From: the human T2T-CHM13v2.0 reference genome, Homo sapiens
Assembly (NCBI RefSeq): GCF_009914755.1
Contig: NC_060926.1
Strand: one strand, 5' to 3'
Length of the DNA: 64,000 nt
The notes under the pieces were generated by a model. The model saw nothing but the letters and a program-made list of their open reading frames with translations, did not search any database and was not told the origin of the DNA. How positions within the stretch are numbered: position 1 is the first letter of the stretch; each line of letters starts with the position of its first letter. Below are positions 39,038 to 52,024 of this stretch, piece after piece. Position numbers and translations under genes: made by a program.

Positions 39038-39203
39038 GCATCAAATAAAATTAAATGCCTCTTTGTAGTAGATTCTACAAGAAAGAAAAAATAACTATAG
39101 TGTGATATATTAGGATTTTCACAGACATTTATTCAATACACAGAAGAATCTACTAATAAAAGGTACAAATAGGATCAGACTATTTTAATGAGCTTATTTT
39201 AAA
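39038..39203 (+). repeat. Dispersed direct repeat A, copy 2
   Basis: first 53 bp differ from copy 1 at 2 positions; remainder about 80% identical by eye. Confidence 0.9.
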
Positions 39204-42200
39204 AAATAATGCTACATTCTTCACCAATATTTCTTCTACTGCAGATAATTTATTGGAAATGAAATCCAAGTATCCATTCAGAAAGTGCTTTTGTGGTAAT
39301 TTGTGACCAGTTTTAAAGCCAAGTCCATTCTGTACACTTTTATCAAAAGCCTTCTCTAAGGATTGGCACAGCACCTGACCTGGTGGGAGAAATCAAAGCA
39401 AGGTTGCAGAGACTCTGCTCTCAATAAATTTAAAAGCTGACTGGAAAAAGCAAAACAAAAATAAAAAACTTTAAAGTATAGAACTATTAAAAATTTAAGA
39501 CATAAAAATTTTTAAGTGGATTCCTAAGACGGGGCTAATGATGGCTAGGAAAAAGGAGCAATTTTAAGAAGGGGAATAACTGAAAAAAAAATACAAAAAT
39601 AATTCTGGCCCAATAAAAGAATGTCCTATTATCTAGAACTTGGAATTAACTGCCAAAAGATAACTAGTTGGAACCCAGAACTCCCAACAATCATTTCTGC
39701 AATTTAAAAATATTTATGTTGGTAATCTTTTTTGAATCCTGTTCATCACACAAATTAAAATGCAAATAATCTACAAGTAGGTCTTGCTATCCAGAGAGGT
39801 TTTTCCTAAGTAAATATTTTTATATATTATAAATATTTATAAACTGTATTACAAGACTTATATAGATATTAATTTGTTGCAAAGTAAAATGGCAAGGCTG
39901 TTTTTGAGCAAACTTTCTTGTCTACTTATAAATACTATCCTTGTCAAAGTGGTTTCTGGAGGGAATGTCTCCAACTATATTTCCACAGAGTGCTATAACA
40001 TTTACAATTGTGAAATGTCACTGTGCCTACAAATACCTTTTAACTGAATCCAAGAACATTTTATTTTCAGTAGCACAAGAGAGTAATAAGTGTTTTCTTT
40101 TCAAGCAAGGTACATAACTGACAAGTAATTTGTTTCCCACATTGCAAATTTTAAGAAGTACTCATATGATGTTGTTTGTTTCTGGCTCCTTATTTATTGA
40201 AAGTATATCCTATATCTTTAATATAATAAAGTCTATCTCCCCTATCTCAAGGATTTTGGATGCCTGAGAGAGACATGTTTAAAACACACAATATGATTTT
40301 TCAAAATGCACAGCAATGTATTTTGACATGTTAAATGTTAATAACAGATTTTTTATAGAAGTATTTTAATTTTACCACATGCCACTTTACCTACTTCTCT
40401 TAGATTCACTAGAAACATGATTTTTTTTTCAGTAAGATTTACTTTCTGATTAAAATAGGATATCAAGACACACTGCTTCCTGTGCTATTTCATTTCTGTC
40501 ATATGCTCTGGTTTATAAACTAGCCTGAAATATCTACAAACTTGAAGTGTCACTTTCTAAATGTGAAAAAAACTGAAAATTGTATTAGAATCATCAATTG
40601 TTAATAAGTATTTTTTTAAATGAGAGGCCAAGACATGAGTTTGGAGTGTATTTATGCATAGTCAGTTAGGAAGGTGGGATCTAAAAACTCATTCACATTG
40701 AGTCATCAAAATGAATTCCATAGTTCACTGTTTAACAAATAGAATAGCAGCAGGTCCCAATGGCTATAATATGTATGCAGTGGCAGGCTCTGAATAGCTA
40801 TATTTACTGCGTGATTTGATTCAATATGAAAAGTGAATTGTCAGAAATCATTATCTCTTAAGACGCATTTATTTTCATAAATTATCATGTGAGCATAATA
40901 ATTACAGAGAGGTCAAATGCCCATTACTAATTCATGTCCTTAAGTATGGTATCTCAAGTGAATTAACCAGCTTTCACTATCAAAGATTAACAGGATTAGA
41001 GGCTGGAAACCTCTAGGGTCCCAAATCAAGGCAGTAGACACAATGAGAAAGCCAACTTTCCTTCCTTTTCACAGAGATAGTAACCTGAGACGTAAGAAAT
41101 TTAAGGTGAACATTAATATCTAGCTGAGAAGGGCTTTTCAGCACCAGTGAATTCTGAACTGTTTTAGAAACTATGTTTGGAAGATAAGGATCCATTATCT
41201 CATAAATCTGAGTACAAATTATTATATTTTTGTAATAGCATAGGAAGTAGAAGTAGTAGCTGGCAGTCAAAAAATTTGTAGGAATAAACTAACCATATCT
41301 GTTAACATTTACACAAAATTAACTCTGACATCTGATCAGAGTTGATAAAATGATCAACTAGCAGAAAACATGGTTCTGCTAGTTGTGCAGTATGTAGGTT
41401 AAGACTGGAATTTGAAGTAGAATTTGGAAAGGACACTAAGCACTTCTTTAAAAGGTGTCTAGAGTTTAGAGCTGACCAACATCACGTGCCGACATTTCTA
41501 AAGGCCCTTCTCATTACTTTAGGGCTGGACAGTAGACTGCCTGTGTTTCACAAGTACAAGGAAGTTACAGACTTTCTTGAAATGCCTCATTAGACATTTG
41601 GCAGTATAGTATTGCCTTCAGAAAGCACAATTTCTGCTTTCTGACTCTTCACATATTTATCCCCTTTTGGTCTAAGGAAAATATTTTTTCCTTTAGGTTG
41701 TGGGTGCTGTGGAAATTTAGAGTTTCCTAAACTCTAAAGTTTGGGGAGATTTACTATCTATGAACATGCACATAATTTAAAATTTAATAGCTACATATCA
41801 TTCTGGTTTTTCCTTATTCTGTTTTTAAGAGAGTCTCCTTGCCAAAATATATTATTTCATAAAAATAATGGAAGAGTTCCTCATTATAAAAGCAGTACAG
41901 CTTTATCACCGAAATTTTGAAAAGCAGAGGAAATGATAAAAATGAAAGAGAAAATCTATATTCTCATTGCTAGGGATAACTATTCATGACATTTAGGTAT
42001 TGGTTACATTTTTGTAATTTTCATAGATTACAGACCAAGTCAAATCTGGATGGTCTGGATGAGAATTTCTCATAGTGGGAGTACTCTGGGAGGGCACACA
42101 CCTTGGGGAGTGTGTGCTATGTATCTCCTGGGTCTTGGACTTGCCCCACTCTGGGATCTGTGGCTTCTCCTTTGATACCTCCTCCCATTTGCTTATCTGG

Positions 42201-42399
42201 ATTTATCGATCCAGATTATTTGGTTACGTCTGGACCTGATTTTTGGCTTATCCAGGGAGGATGTCAGCATGATGATATCAAAATAGACGTGTGCAGGGTG
42301 TGGTTTGGATCAGGACATGGGATGAATAAGAATGGGCCTGAGTATTCGAGATTCACAAATGCACCACATGTATCAATAAATGTGGGGAAGCAGGGTGAG

Positions 42400-42765
42400 T
42401 GATATGGTTTGGCTCTGTGTCCCCACCCAAATCCTATCTTGAATTGTAATCCCCATGTGTTAGGGGAGGGACCTGGTGGGAAGTGATTGGATCATGGGGG
42501 TGGATTTTCCCCATGCTGTTCTCATGATAGTGAGAGAGTTCTCATGAGATCTGATGGTTTAAAACTGTGGCACCTCCTCCCTCACTGTCTCTCCTGCCAG
42601 CATGTAAGATGTGCCTTGCTTCCCCTTCACCTTCTGCTGCCATGACTGTAAGTTTCCTGAGGCCTCCCCAGCCATGTGGAACTGTGAGTCAATTAAACCT
42701 CTTTTCTTTATAAATTACCCAGTCTCAGGTAGTTCTTTATAGCAGTGTGAAAATGGGCTAATAAA
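42400..42765 (+). mobile_element. THE1D-like MaLR solo LTR
   Basis: tgatatggtttggctctgtgtccccacccaaatc...cagtctcaggtagttctttatagcagtgtgaaaatgggctaata. Confidence 0.95.
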
Positions 42766-42896
42766 ACTAGAAACCTGGAGATAGAGGAGGAGCTAATAAT
42801 GGTTATGCGGAAATCCTGAGTGGTCTCAAAGGAACAGGAGGTCATAGTCAGGGAGTCAGGGAGTACTCATGAATGTCAAGAAAGACCAGTAACTCC

Positions 42897-43793
<897 letters not shown>

Positions 43794-43794
43794 A

Positions 43795-43950
43795 CAGCGA
43801 TTCTCAGATTTTAATGTGGATGCAAATCACTCGGGGATATCATAAAATAACATACAGATTCTGTTTCAGGACATCTGGAAATGGACCTGAGACTCTGCAT
43901 TTTAACAAGCTCCTAAGTGATGACTCACTGTTGGTTTTTTACATAGCAAA
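43795..43950. mobile_element. MER5-type hAT-Charlie MITE
   Basis: cagcgattctcaga...gcaaatcactcgggga...cctgagactctgcattttaacaagctcctaagtgat. Confidence 0.8.
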
Positions 43951-44015
43951 GTTCTCAAAGATGAGAATAAGACAGACCTCATCACCATTACAATGTAAGT
44001 TCCTGAAGGGCCAAG

Positions 44016-44017
<2 letters not shown>

Positions 44018-44056
<39 letters not shown>
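44018..44056. repeat. (TG)19 microsatellite
   Basis: uninterrupted TG run. Confidence 0.95.
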
Positions 44057-44058
<2 letters not shown>

Positions 44059-47000
44059 TTAATTTCAAATGACCTGGCTTTATTTTCTTTAAAAAAAATT
44101 TTTATGAGTACAAAGTAGGTGTATATATTTATGGGGTACATGAGATATTTTGATATAGAAATACAATGCCTAATAATAATATTAAGGTAAATGGGATATC
44201 CATCACCTTGAGCATTTATTCTTTCTTTGTGTTACAAATATCTTATTATACTCTTTATAAGAGTATGATATTATTGTAAACTGTAATCATTCGGTTGTGC
44301 TATCAAATACTAGATTGTATTCATTCTATCTAACTACATTTTTGTACCCATTAACCATCCCCACTTCCCCTCCCCAACCCTACTACCCTTCCCAGCCTCT
44401 GGTGACCACTCATCATTCTACTCTCTGTCTCCATGAGTTCAATTGTGTTAATTTTTAGCTCCCACAGATATGTGAGAACATGTGACGTTTGCTTTTCTGT
44501 GCCTGGCTTATTTCACTTAATGTCCTCCAGCTCCATCCATGTTGTTGCAGATGACAGGATCTCATTCTTTTCTATGACTGATTAGTACTCCATTGTGCAT
44601 TGTGTATATGTACCACATTTTCTTATCCATTAATCTGTCAATGGACACTTAGGTTGGTTCCAAATCTTGGCTATTGTGAACAGTGGTGCAATAAACATGG
44701 GAGCACAGGAAACTCCTCCATAGACTGATTTCCTTTCTTTTGGTTATATACCTAGCAGTGGGATTGTTGAATCACATGGTAGCTCTATTTTTAGTTTTTT
44801 GAGAAATCTACAAACTATCCTCCATAGTAGCTGTACTAATGTGCATTCCCACCAACAGTGTACAAAGGGTCGCTTCTCTCCATATCCTTGCCAGCATTTG
44901 TTCTTGCCTGTCTTTTGAATAAAAGCCATTTTTACTGGAGATATTTCATTGCAGTTTTGATTTGCAGTTCTCTGATGATCAATGATGTTGAGCACCATTT
45001 CATATACTTGTGTGCCATTTGTATGTCTTCCTTTGAGAAATGTCTATTCAGATCTTTTGCCCATTTTTAATCAGAATTTTTCTATAGAATTGCTTGAGTT
45101 CCATATATATTCTGGTTATTAATCCCATGTCAGATGGATACTTCGCAAATATTTTCTTCCATTTTGTGGGTAATCTCCTCACCTTGTTGATTGTTTGCTT
45201 TGCTGTACAGAAGCTTTTTAACTTGGTATGATCTCATTTGTTCATTTTTGCTTTGGTTGCCTGTGCTTGTTGGCTATTACTCAAGAAATCTTTGCCTAAT
45301 CCATTGTCTTGGATAGTTTCCCCTATGTTTTATTTTACTAGTTTCATAGGTTAAGGTCGTAGTCTTTAATTCATTTTGATTTTATTTTTGTATATGGCAA
45401 GAGATAGGGGTCTAGTTTCATTCTTCTGCATATGTATATTCAATTTTCTCAGCACAATTTATTGAAGAGATTATTCTTTCCCCAATCTCTGTTCTTTGCA
45501 TTTTTGTCAAAATGAGTTCCCTACAGACTTAATGGATTTGTTTCTAGGATCTCTATTCTGTTCCATTGGTCTATGTGTCTATTTTTATGCCAGTATCTTG
45601 TTGTTTTGGTTACTATAGATCTGTAATATAATTTGAAGTTAGATACTGTGATTTCTCTAGTTTTGCTTCTGTTGCTCAGGATATCATTGGCTAATCTGGG
45701 TCTTTTGTGATTTCATGTAAATTTTAGGATAGTTTTTCTATTTCTGTGAAGAATATCATTGATATTTTGCTGGGGATTGCATTGACTCTGTAGATTGCTT
45801 TGGGTAGTATGGACATCTTAACAATATGATTATTCCAATCCATGAACATGAAATATCTTTCCCTGTGTGTGTATTTGTGTGTCTACTCTTCAATGTTGTA
45901 TAGTTTTCATTGTAGAGATCTTTCACTTCCTTGGTTAATTCCTAGGTATTTAATTTGTAGCCATTGTAAATAAGATTATTTTCTTGATTTCATTTTTAGA
46001 TTGATCTCTTTTGGCATATAGAAGTGCTACTAATTTTTGTATGTTGATTTTGTATCCTGCAACTTTATTGAATTTGTTTATCAGTTGTACTAGTTTTTTG
46101 GTGGACTCTTTAGGATTTTCCAAGTATAAGATTATATCATCTGTAAACAAGGATAATTTGACTTCTTCCTTTCCAATTTAGACGCCCTTTCTTTTATTCT
46201 CTTGTCTGATTGTTCTGTCTAGGACTTCCAGTACTATGTTGAATAACAGTGGTGAAAGTAAGCATCCTTTTCATGTTCCATATTTTAGAGAAAAGGATTT
46301 CAGTTTTTCCCCATTCATTTTGATACTAGCTGTGGGTCTGTCATACATGGCTTTTATTGTGTTGAAGTATACTCTTTTCATATCCAGTTTTTTGAAGGTT
46401 TCTATCACGAAGAGATGTTGAATGTTATCACATGCTTTTTCAGCATCAGTTGACATGATCATATGGTTTATGGTTTTTGTCATTCATTCTCTTGATATAT
46501 CACATTGATTGATTTGCGTATGTTAAACCATCCTTGAATCCCTGGGATAAACCCCACTTGGTCATCATGGATAATTTTTATCATTTGTCATTGAATTCAG
46601 TTTGCTAACATTTTGTTGAGGATTTCTGCATCCACGTTTATCAGGAATATTGGCCGATAGTTCTCTGTTACTGATGTGTCTTTGACTGGTTTTTGTATCA
46701 GGGTAATACTGGCCTCGTGGAATGAGTTTGGAAGTATTTCCTCCTCCTATTTGTTTTGAATAGTTTGAATAGGATTGGTATTAGTTCTTTAAATGTTTAG
46801 TAAAATTCATCAGTTGTCTCAGGCTTTCCTTTGCTGGGAGACTTTATTATGGCTTTGATCTCATTACTTGTTATTGGTCTGTTCAGGTTTTGAATTTCCT
46901 CATGGTTCAATCTTGGTAGGTTGTATGTGTCTAGGAATTTATTGATTTATTCTAGGCTTTCCAATTTATCAGCATATAGTTGCTGATAGTAGCCTCTAAT

Positions 47001-47067
47001 GATCCCTTGAGTTTTTGTGGTATCGATTGTAATGTCTCCTTTTCCACCTCTAATTTTATTTATTTGG

Positions 47068-47153
47068 GTCTCCTCCTCCTTCCCTTTCTCTCCCTTCTTA
47101 TTCTCCCCCATCTCCTCTTCCACCTCCTACTTCTTCTCCTCTTCTTGTTCTTT
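47068..47153. repeat. Expanded CT-rich low-complexity tract inside L1
   Basis: tctcctcctccttccctttctctccc...cttcttgttctttt; nearly all pyrimidine. Confidence 0.85.
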
Positions 47154-48520
47154 TGTTTAGTCTGGTGAGAGATTCTGATAAATACTGCAGTATTTCAATT
47201 GCATTTTTTAATTCCAGAATTTCTGATTCTTAATTATTTTAATTTATTTGTTAAATTTACCTCCTAGGATTCTGAATTCCTTTTCAGTGTTATCTTAAAT
47301 TTCATTGAGTTTCTTCAAAACTGCTATTTTTAGTTCTCTGTCTGAAAGGTCATATATCTCTATCTCTCCAGGATTGGTCCTTGATGCCTTATTTAGTTTG
47401 TTTGGTGAGGTCATGTTTTCCTGGATGGCCTTGATGCTTGTGGATGTTTGCCAGTGTCTGGTATTTAAGAGCTAAGTATTTATTGCAGTCTTCACAGTCT
47501 GAGTTTGTTTGTATGCATCCTTCTTGGAGAGGCTTTCCAAGTATTTGAAGAACTTGGCTGTTGTAATCTAAGTTTTTGGTCTCTGCAGCCTGTCTGAATT
47601 AAGGGGCACTCCAAGCCCAGTAATGCTGTAGCTCTTGCAGACTTGTAGGGGCACTGTCTTGGTGGTCTTGGATAAGATGTAAAAGAATTCTCTGGATTAT
47701 CAGGCAGATACTCTTGTTCTCTTCCCTTACTTTCTCACAAACTAATGGAGTCTCTCCCTCTCTGTGCTGAGTTATCTGGAGCTGGGGGATGGGTGACACA
47801 AGCACCACCACTGGGACTGCGCTGTGTCAGACCTGAAGCCAGCATGGTGCTGGGTCTTGCAGAAGGCCTGCAGTAACCACTGCCTGGCTATCACCTATGT
47901 TTGCTCAATGTCCTGGGGCTCTAAAATCAGCCCCAGGTGGGCTGGCGGCAAAGCCAGCCAGGCTTATGTCCTTCCCTTCAAAGTAGTGAGTTCTCTGCAG
48001 CCCTGGGAAGGTCTAGAGATGCCATCCAGGAGCCAGGATCTGAGTCGGAAACCTTAGGAATCTACTTGGTGTTCTATGCTATGAGGCTGAGCTGAAAGCC
48101 AAGCCACAAGAAAAAAATCTTTCCCATTCTTCCTTTCCCTTCGCATAAGCAGAAGAGTCTCTCCCTGTAGCCACCACTGTCCTATATCCACAACAAGTAT
48201 CGGCTGGCTACTGCCAATGTTCACTCAAATCTTAAGAGCTCTTCAGTGATCTCATGGTGAATGCGGCCAAGCCTGGGATTCTCCCTTCTGGGCAATGGGC
48301 TCCCCTATGGCCCAGGGAAGGTCCAGAAATGCTTTTCCAGAGCCAAACCCTGGAACTGAGGACCCAAGAGCCCTCTTGGTGTTCTACCAACTGTGGCCGA
48401 GCTGGTACCTAAGCTCCAAGACAAAGTCTCCTTTACTCTTCCCTCTCCTTTTCTCAAGCAGGAGTGTCTCTCCATAGCGACCACAGCTGGGAATGTAATG
48501 GATCACACCTGAAGCCAGCA

Positions 48521-48570
48521 CATCTTTGAGTCTCACCCAAGGCCCATCTCTGAGTCTCACCCAAGGCCCA
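48521..48570. repeat. 24-bp tandem duplication in L1 5' UTR
   Basis: catctttgagtctcacccaaggcc followed by catctctgagtctcacccaaggcc. Confidence 0.9.
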
Positions 48571-49466
48571 CGGCAAGTACTACCTGGGTCACTGCTGATT
48601 ATTCAGGGCCCAAGGGCTCTTTAGTCAGCAGGTGATGCATCCTGACAGGTCTGGGTCCTTTCCTTCAAGGCAGTAGGTTCCCCTTCTGAACCAGGGTGTG
48701 TCTAGAAATGTCATCCAGAAGCTAAGGACTAGAATGGGGCCTTAGGACTCTGCTTGGTGCCCTATCCTACTATGGTGGAGTTGGTGTCCAAGTTGCAAAA
48801 GAAAGTCCTCTTTACTCTTCCTTCTTCTCTCAAGTGGAGGAAAGGAGTCTCTCCAAAACTGCAAACTGCACTGTCTGTGATTGGGGGAGGGGTAGTGCAA
48901 GCACTTCCTTGGCCAACCCAGCTCATTCCTCACTAGCACCAGGACTTGCCCAAGAATTGCATTCTTGGTGACCTAGACTGCCTTTTAAGTTTATTTAGAA
49001 CCCCAGAACACTTTATTCTGTGGTGGCAAGGCTTGCCAGAACTCAGCTTCTGACTGCTGAGATGTATGATTGCCCTCTGGCTAGGGCTGGTCTAAGAGCT
49101 CCCTCCTTGGGCGCCAGCTGAGTTCTGCCTGGTGTTGTTTTCTGTTGTGACAGGGCAGCACTGAGTTCCAATGCAAAGTCCTATATCACTATGGTCTCCC
49201 TCCCGCAAATGCACAGATTCTCTTTCTGTGACACACGGCTGCTGCCAAGGGATGGAGGAAGGGTGGTGCTGGCTACTCAAGATTATCTTTCCTACCCTCT
49301 TCAGTGCCTCTTTCAGTGATATGAAGTTAAAATCAGGAGCTGTGATCACTCCCCGGATTTTTTGCTTTTATGAAGGTGTTTTTTGTGTGAATAGTTGTTC
49401 AATTTGGTGTTCCTGTGGGGAGAGCAACTGACGAGGGCTTCTAGTCGGCCACCTTGCTCCACTTCT

Positions 49467-49570
49467 GTATTTTTTTTTTCTCACTGTTCTATCCCCTGAA
49501 TCTACAATAATGCTTGGAATGTTGGAAGTGCTCTATAGATACTTGTTGACTGAATCATAAATGAATGAAT
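49467..49570 (+). mobile_element. L2 3' terminus (its upstream part lies at ~43983-44020)
   Basis: ctcactgttctatcccctgaatctacaataatgcttgg...gtgctctatagatacttgttgactgaat...atgaatgaat continues ccattacaatgtaagttcctgaagggccaagact. Confidence 0.75.
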
Positions 49571-49596
49571 TTTCCTAGATGACTTTTAGCAGTTTG

Positions 49597-49696
49597 TAGT
49601 CATAATGAACATTTCTAATTTTAACATTTAAACTTCTAGGGTAAATTATATTGTCTGAAAGGGGTTTTCTGTTTTTCTGCTGATTGACAAGTAAAT
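49597..49696 (+). repeat. Dispersed direct repeat B, copy 2
   Basis: about 75-80% identical by eye to 42897-42998. Confidence 0.85.
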
Positions 49697-50495
49697 GTCA
49701 AATGCCAAATATAGCTATACACTTGTATTACTCCAGTATCAAGGAGGTAAAGCCAAAAGCCAATAAAATGGTAGAGTTACATTTAGAATTTGGTTGCTGG
49801 TATGAAAGCACAGATCGACAGTACTGAGGTATCTAGTTCATGAATGCTTCTGCTGGATTTCCAAAGGTCAACCCTACTCTTAAAAGCTTGGTCTTCCGTC
49901 AGGGGCTAGAGAGCAAAGAGAAGTGTGAAGTATGCTTAAGATCCATTATATCAGTAGCATCTCATATTTACACACCCAGCACTTCATTTTTCATACAATA
50001 CCTTTTATTATAGAGGGTAAATGGCAGTTTTCTGCTGAATTTTAAAATAGTGCATCATGTAGAATTCATAAAAACTGCCAGTAGCATCAACATCCTCCTC
50101 TGGTATTTGTCCTACTTAAGAAATGTCACATATTAGACTTCTGTGATAGGTGTTATGCCTGCTATTGGGTGCAACTGACCTTGTCCTCCTGTCCCTTCCA
50201 TCACTACCAACAATCATCTGGACATTTAAGATTTTTTAGCTGACAACGTCAGCAGCTATCCTTTTCTTGTTACACTTTCACTGCTGTCATAGAGACATGG
50301 AAGCAGCTGAATAGTTTTCACATATGGAGTTCCTGAGGAAGGGATGATATTAATCATGCTAGTATATGTCACTAAATTTGTTTCTAAATGATGGCATCAA
50401 GGTCAGGATCTTGTACTTGAATCTTAAGGGATTTCCAAAGACGATAAGAAGAGTTTCTACCAGGAACTCTCATTTGGAAGTATTCTCTATTATAT

Positions 50496-50669
50496 AGTGT
50501 TTCTTAAAGTGTGGTCCTTGTACCAGCAGGAGAAGCAATATCCCAGAACTTGTTAAAAATGCATGTTATTGGGCTCCATCCCAGACCTAACAAATCAGAA
50601 ACTCTGTAGTCCATGTTTTAACAAGTCCTCTAAGTAATCCTGATGCAGACTAATGTTTGAAAACTACTT
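50496..50669 (+). mobile_element. MER5A hAT-Charlie MITE
   Basis: tagtgtttcttaaagtgtggtcc...aacttgttaaaaatgca...cccagacctaacaaatcagaaactctg...ttttaacaagtcctc...tttgaaaactact. Confidence 0.88.
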
Positions 50670-50789
50670 CTGTATTAGGTATTTTCCTGGTTCTAAAATA
50701 AAATAGCTTTAATGGGAAAAATCAAGGTGCTCTAGAATCTAGAGATAAACTAAATACAGGATATTCTGCACAGAAATTTTTGAAAATCT

Positions 50790-50856
50790 GTTATAGAACA
50801 GTGTTTTTAGAACTGGGCTTGTAAGTTATAGAACAGTGTTTTTAGCACTGGGCTTG
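50790..50856. repeat. 35-bp tandem duplication
   Basis: gttatagaacagtgtttttagaactgggcttg at 50790 and gttatagaacagtgtttttagcactgggcttg at 50825; 1 mismatch in 32. Confidence 0.95.
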
Positions 50857-50990
50857 AACTATGGCTCTGTAGAAGAGGTACTTATTGAAAATACACAAGC
50901 CTTGACCTTACCCAGACCTAGGGAATCAGACTGTCTGGGCTGGAGCTGATTTCCTGCTAAAGGGCACCTTAGATGGTTCTGAGGCACCAA
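50834..50990. mobile_element. MER5-like fragment
   Basis: cttattgaaaatacaca...cccagacctagggaatcagactgtctgg...ggttctgaggca. Confidence 0.5.
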
Positions 50991-51199
50991 GTATAAAAAT
51001 AAAGTACAGCACATGTTAGTTACCATCAGTAATCTCTGGGTGATGGGACCAAGAATGATCTTTATTTTATAAACATTTTTGAATTTTCTGAGTTAGATGC
51101 AATGATCGCATATTCATTTTATAATCAGAAAACAATAATAAGACAATTATTTTAAAAGGACGATAGCATATAGAATAGTATTTAATCATCTTGGAGATC

Positions 51200-51440
51200 T
51201 GATAAATTGAGGAGTTTATATGTGAAGAACTCAGATCCTGGAGTAGGATTGTCTGGTTCAAATCCTAGAGGCTTACATATTAGCTGTGTAACTTTCCTTC
51301 TAAGAACCTCAGTTTCCTCATCTCTTAAGCAGAGATAGTAATAATAGTGTTTGTTTCATAGGGCTATTGTGGGAATCAAATGAGAGTACTTAGTACAATG
51401 CTTGGCACACAATGAGAACTCAAAATGTTAGTTACTAGTA
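51200..51440 (+). mobile_element. MIR SINE
   Basis: tctggttcaaatcctag...tagctgtgtaact...cctcagtttcctcatct...ataatagt...tcatagggctattgtg...gcttggcaca. Confidence 0.88.
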
Positions 51441-51441
51441 A

Positions 51442-51694
<253 letters not shown>

Positions 51695-51730
51695 TCTCTA
51701 AAAGACATATTAATCAATGAATCAATTAGG

Positions 51731-52024
51731 TTTGTTTTTTTCAGACAGTGTCCCACTGTGTCACCCAGGCTGGAGTGCAGTGGTGCGATCATAGCTCCCT
51801 GCAGCCTTGAACTCCTGGGATCAAACAATCTTCTCACCTCAGCCTCCTGAGTAGCTGGTACCACAGTTGCATGCTGCCAGGCCCGGCTAATTTTTTTTAT
51901 TTTCTGGGAAGACAGGGTCTCGCTATGTTGCCCAGGCTCATCTTGAACCTCTGGGCCCAAGAAATCCTCCTGCCTTAGCCTCCCAAAATGCTGGGATTAT
52001 AGGCGTGAGCCACCGCACCTGGCC
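51731..52024 (-). mobile_element. Full-length AluJ
   Basis: gatcatagctc.ctgcagccttgaactcctggg, gggtctcgctatgttgcccaggct; TSD aatcaattaggttt / aatcaatcagtttt. Confidence 0.95.

Larger units (their letters stand above)
44080..49466 (-). mobile_element. L1MA2/3-like LINE-1 with 3' UTR, ORF2 C-terminal two-thirds, ORF1 start and 5' UTR; internal deletion near 47165; inactive
   Basis: 3' end gtaggtgtatatatttatggggtacatgagatattttgat; ORF2 peptides [19 protein letters not shown]...GYKINIQK (RT FADD motif), DAEKACDNIQH...YDRPTASI.MNGEKLK, and HCWWEC (C-terminal domain); many stops and frameshifts. Confidence 0.95.

Noticed and set aside
44744-46483. ORFs with reverse-transcriptase motifs
   Set aside because: Broken L1 ORF2 pieces; not a functional RT or a retron-like system.
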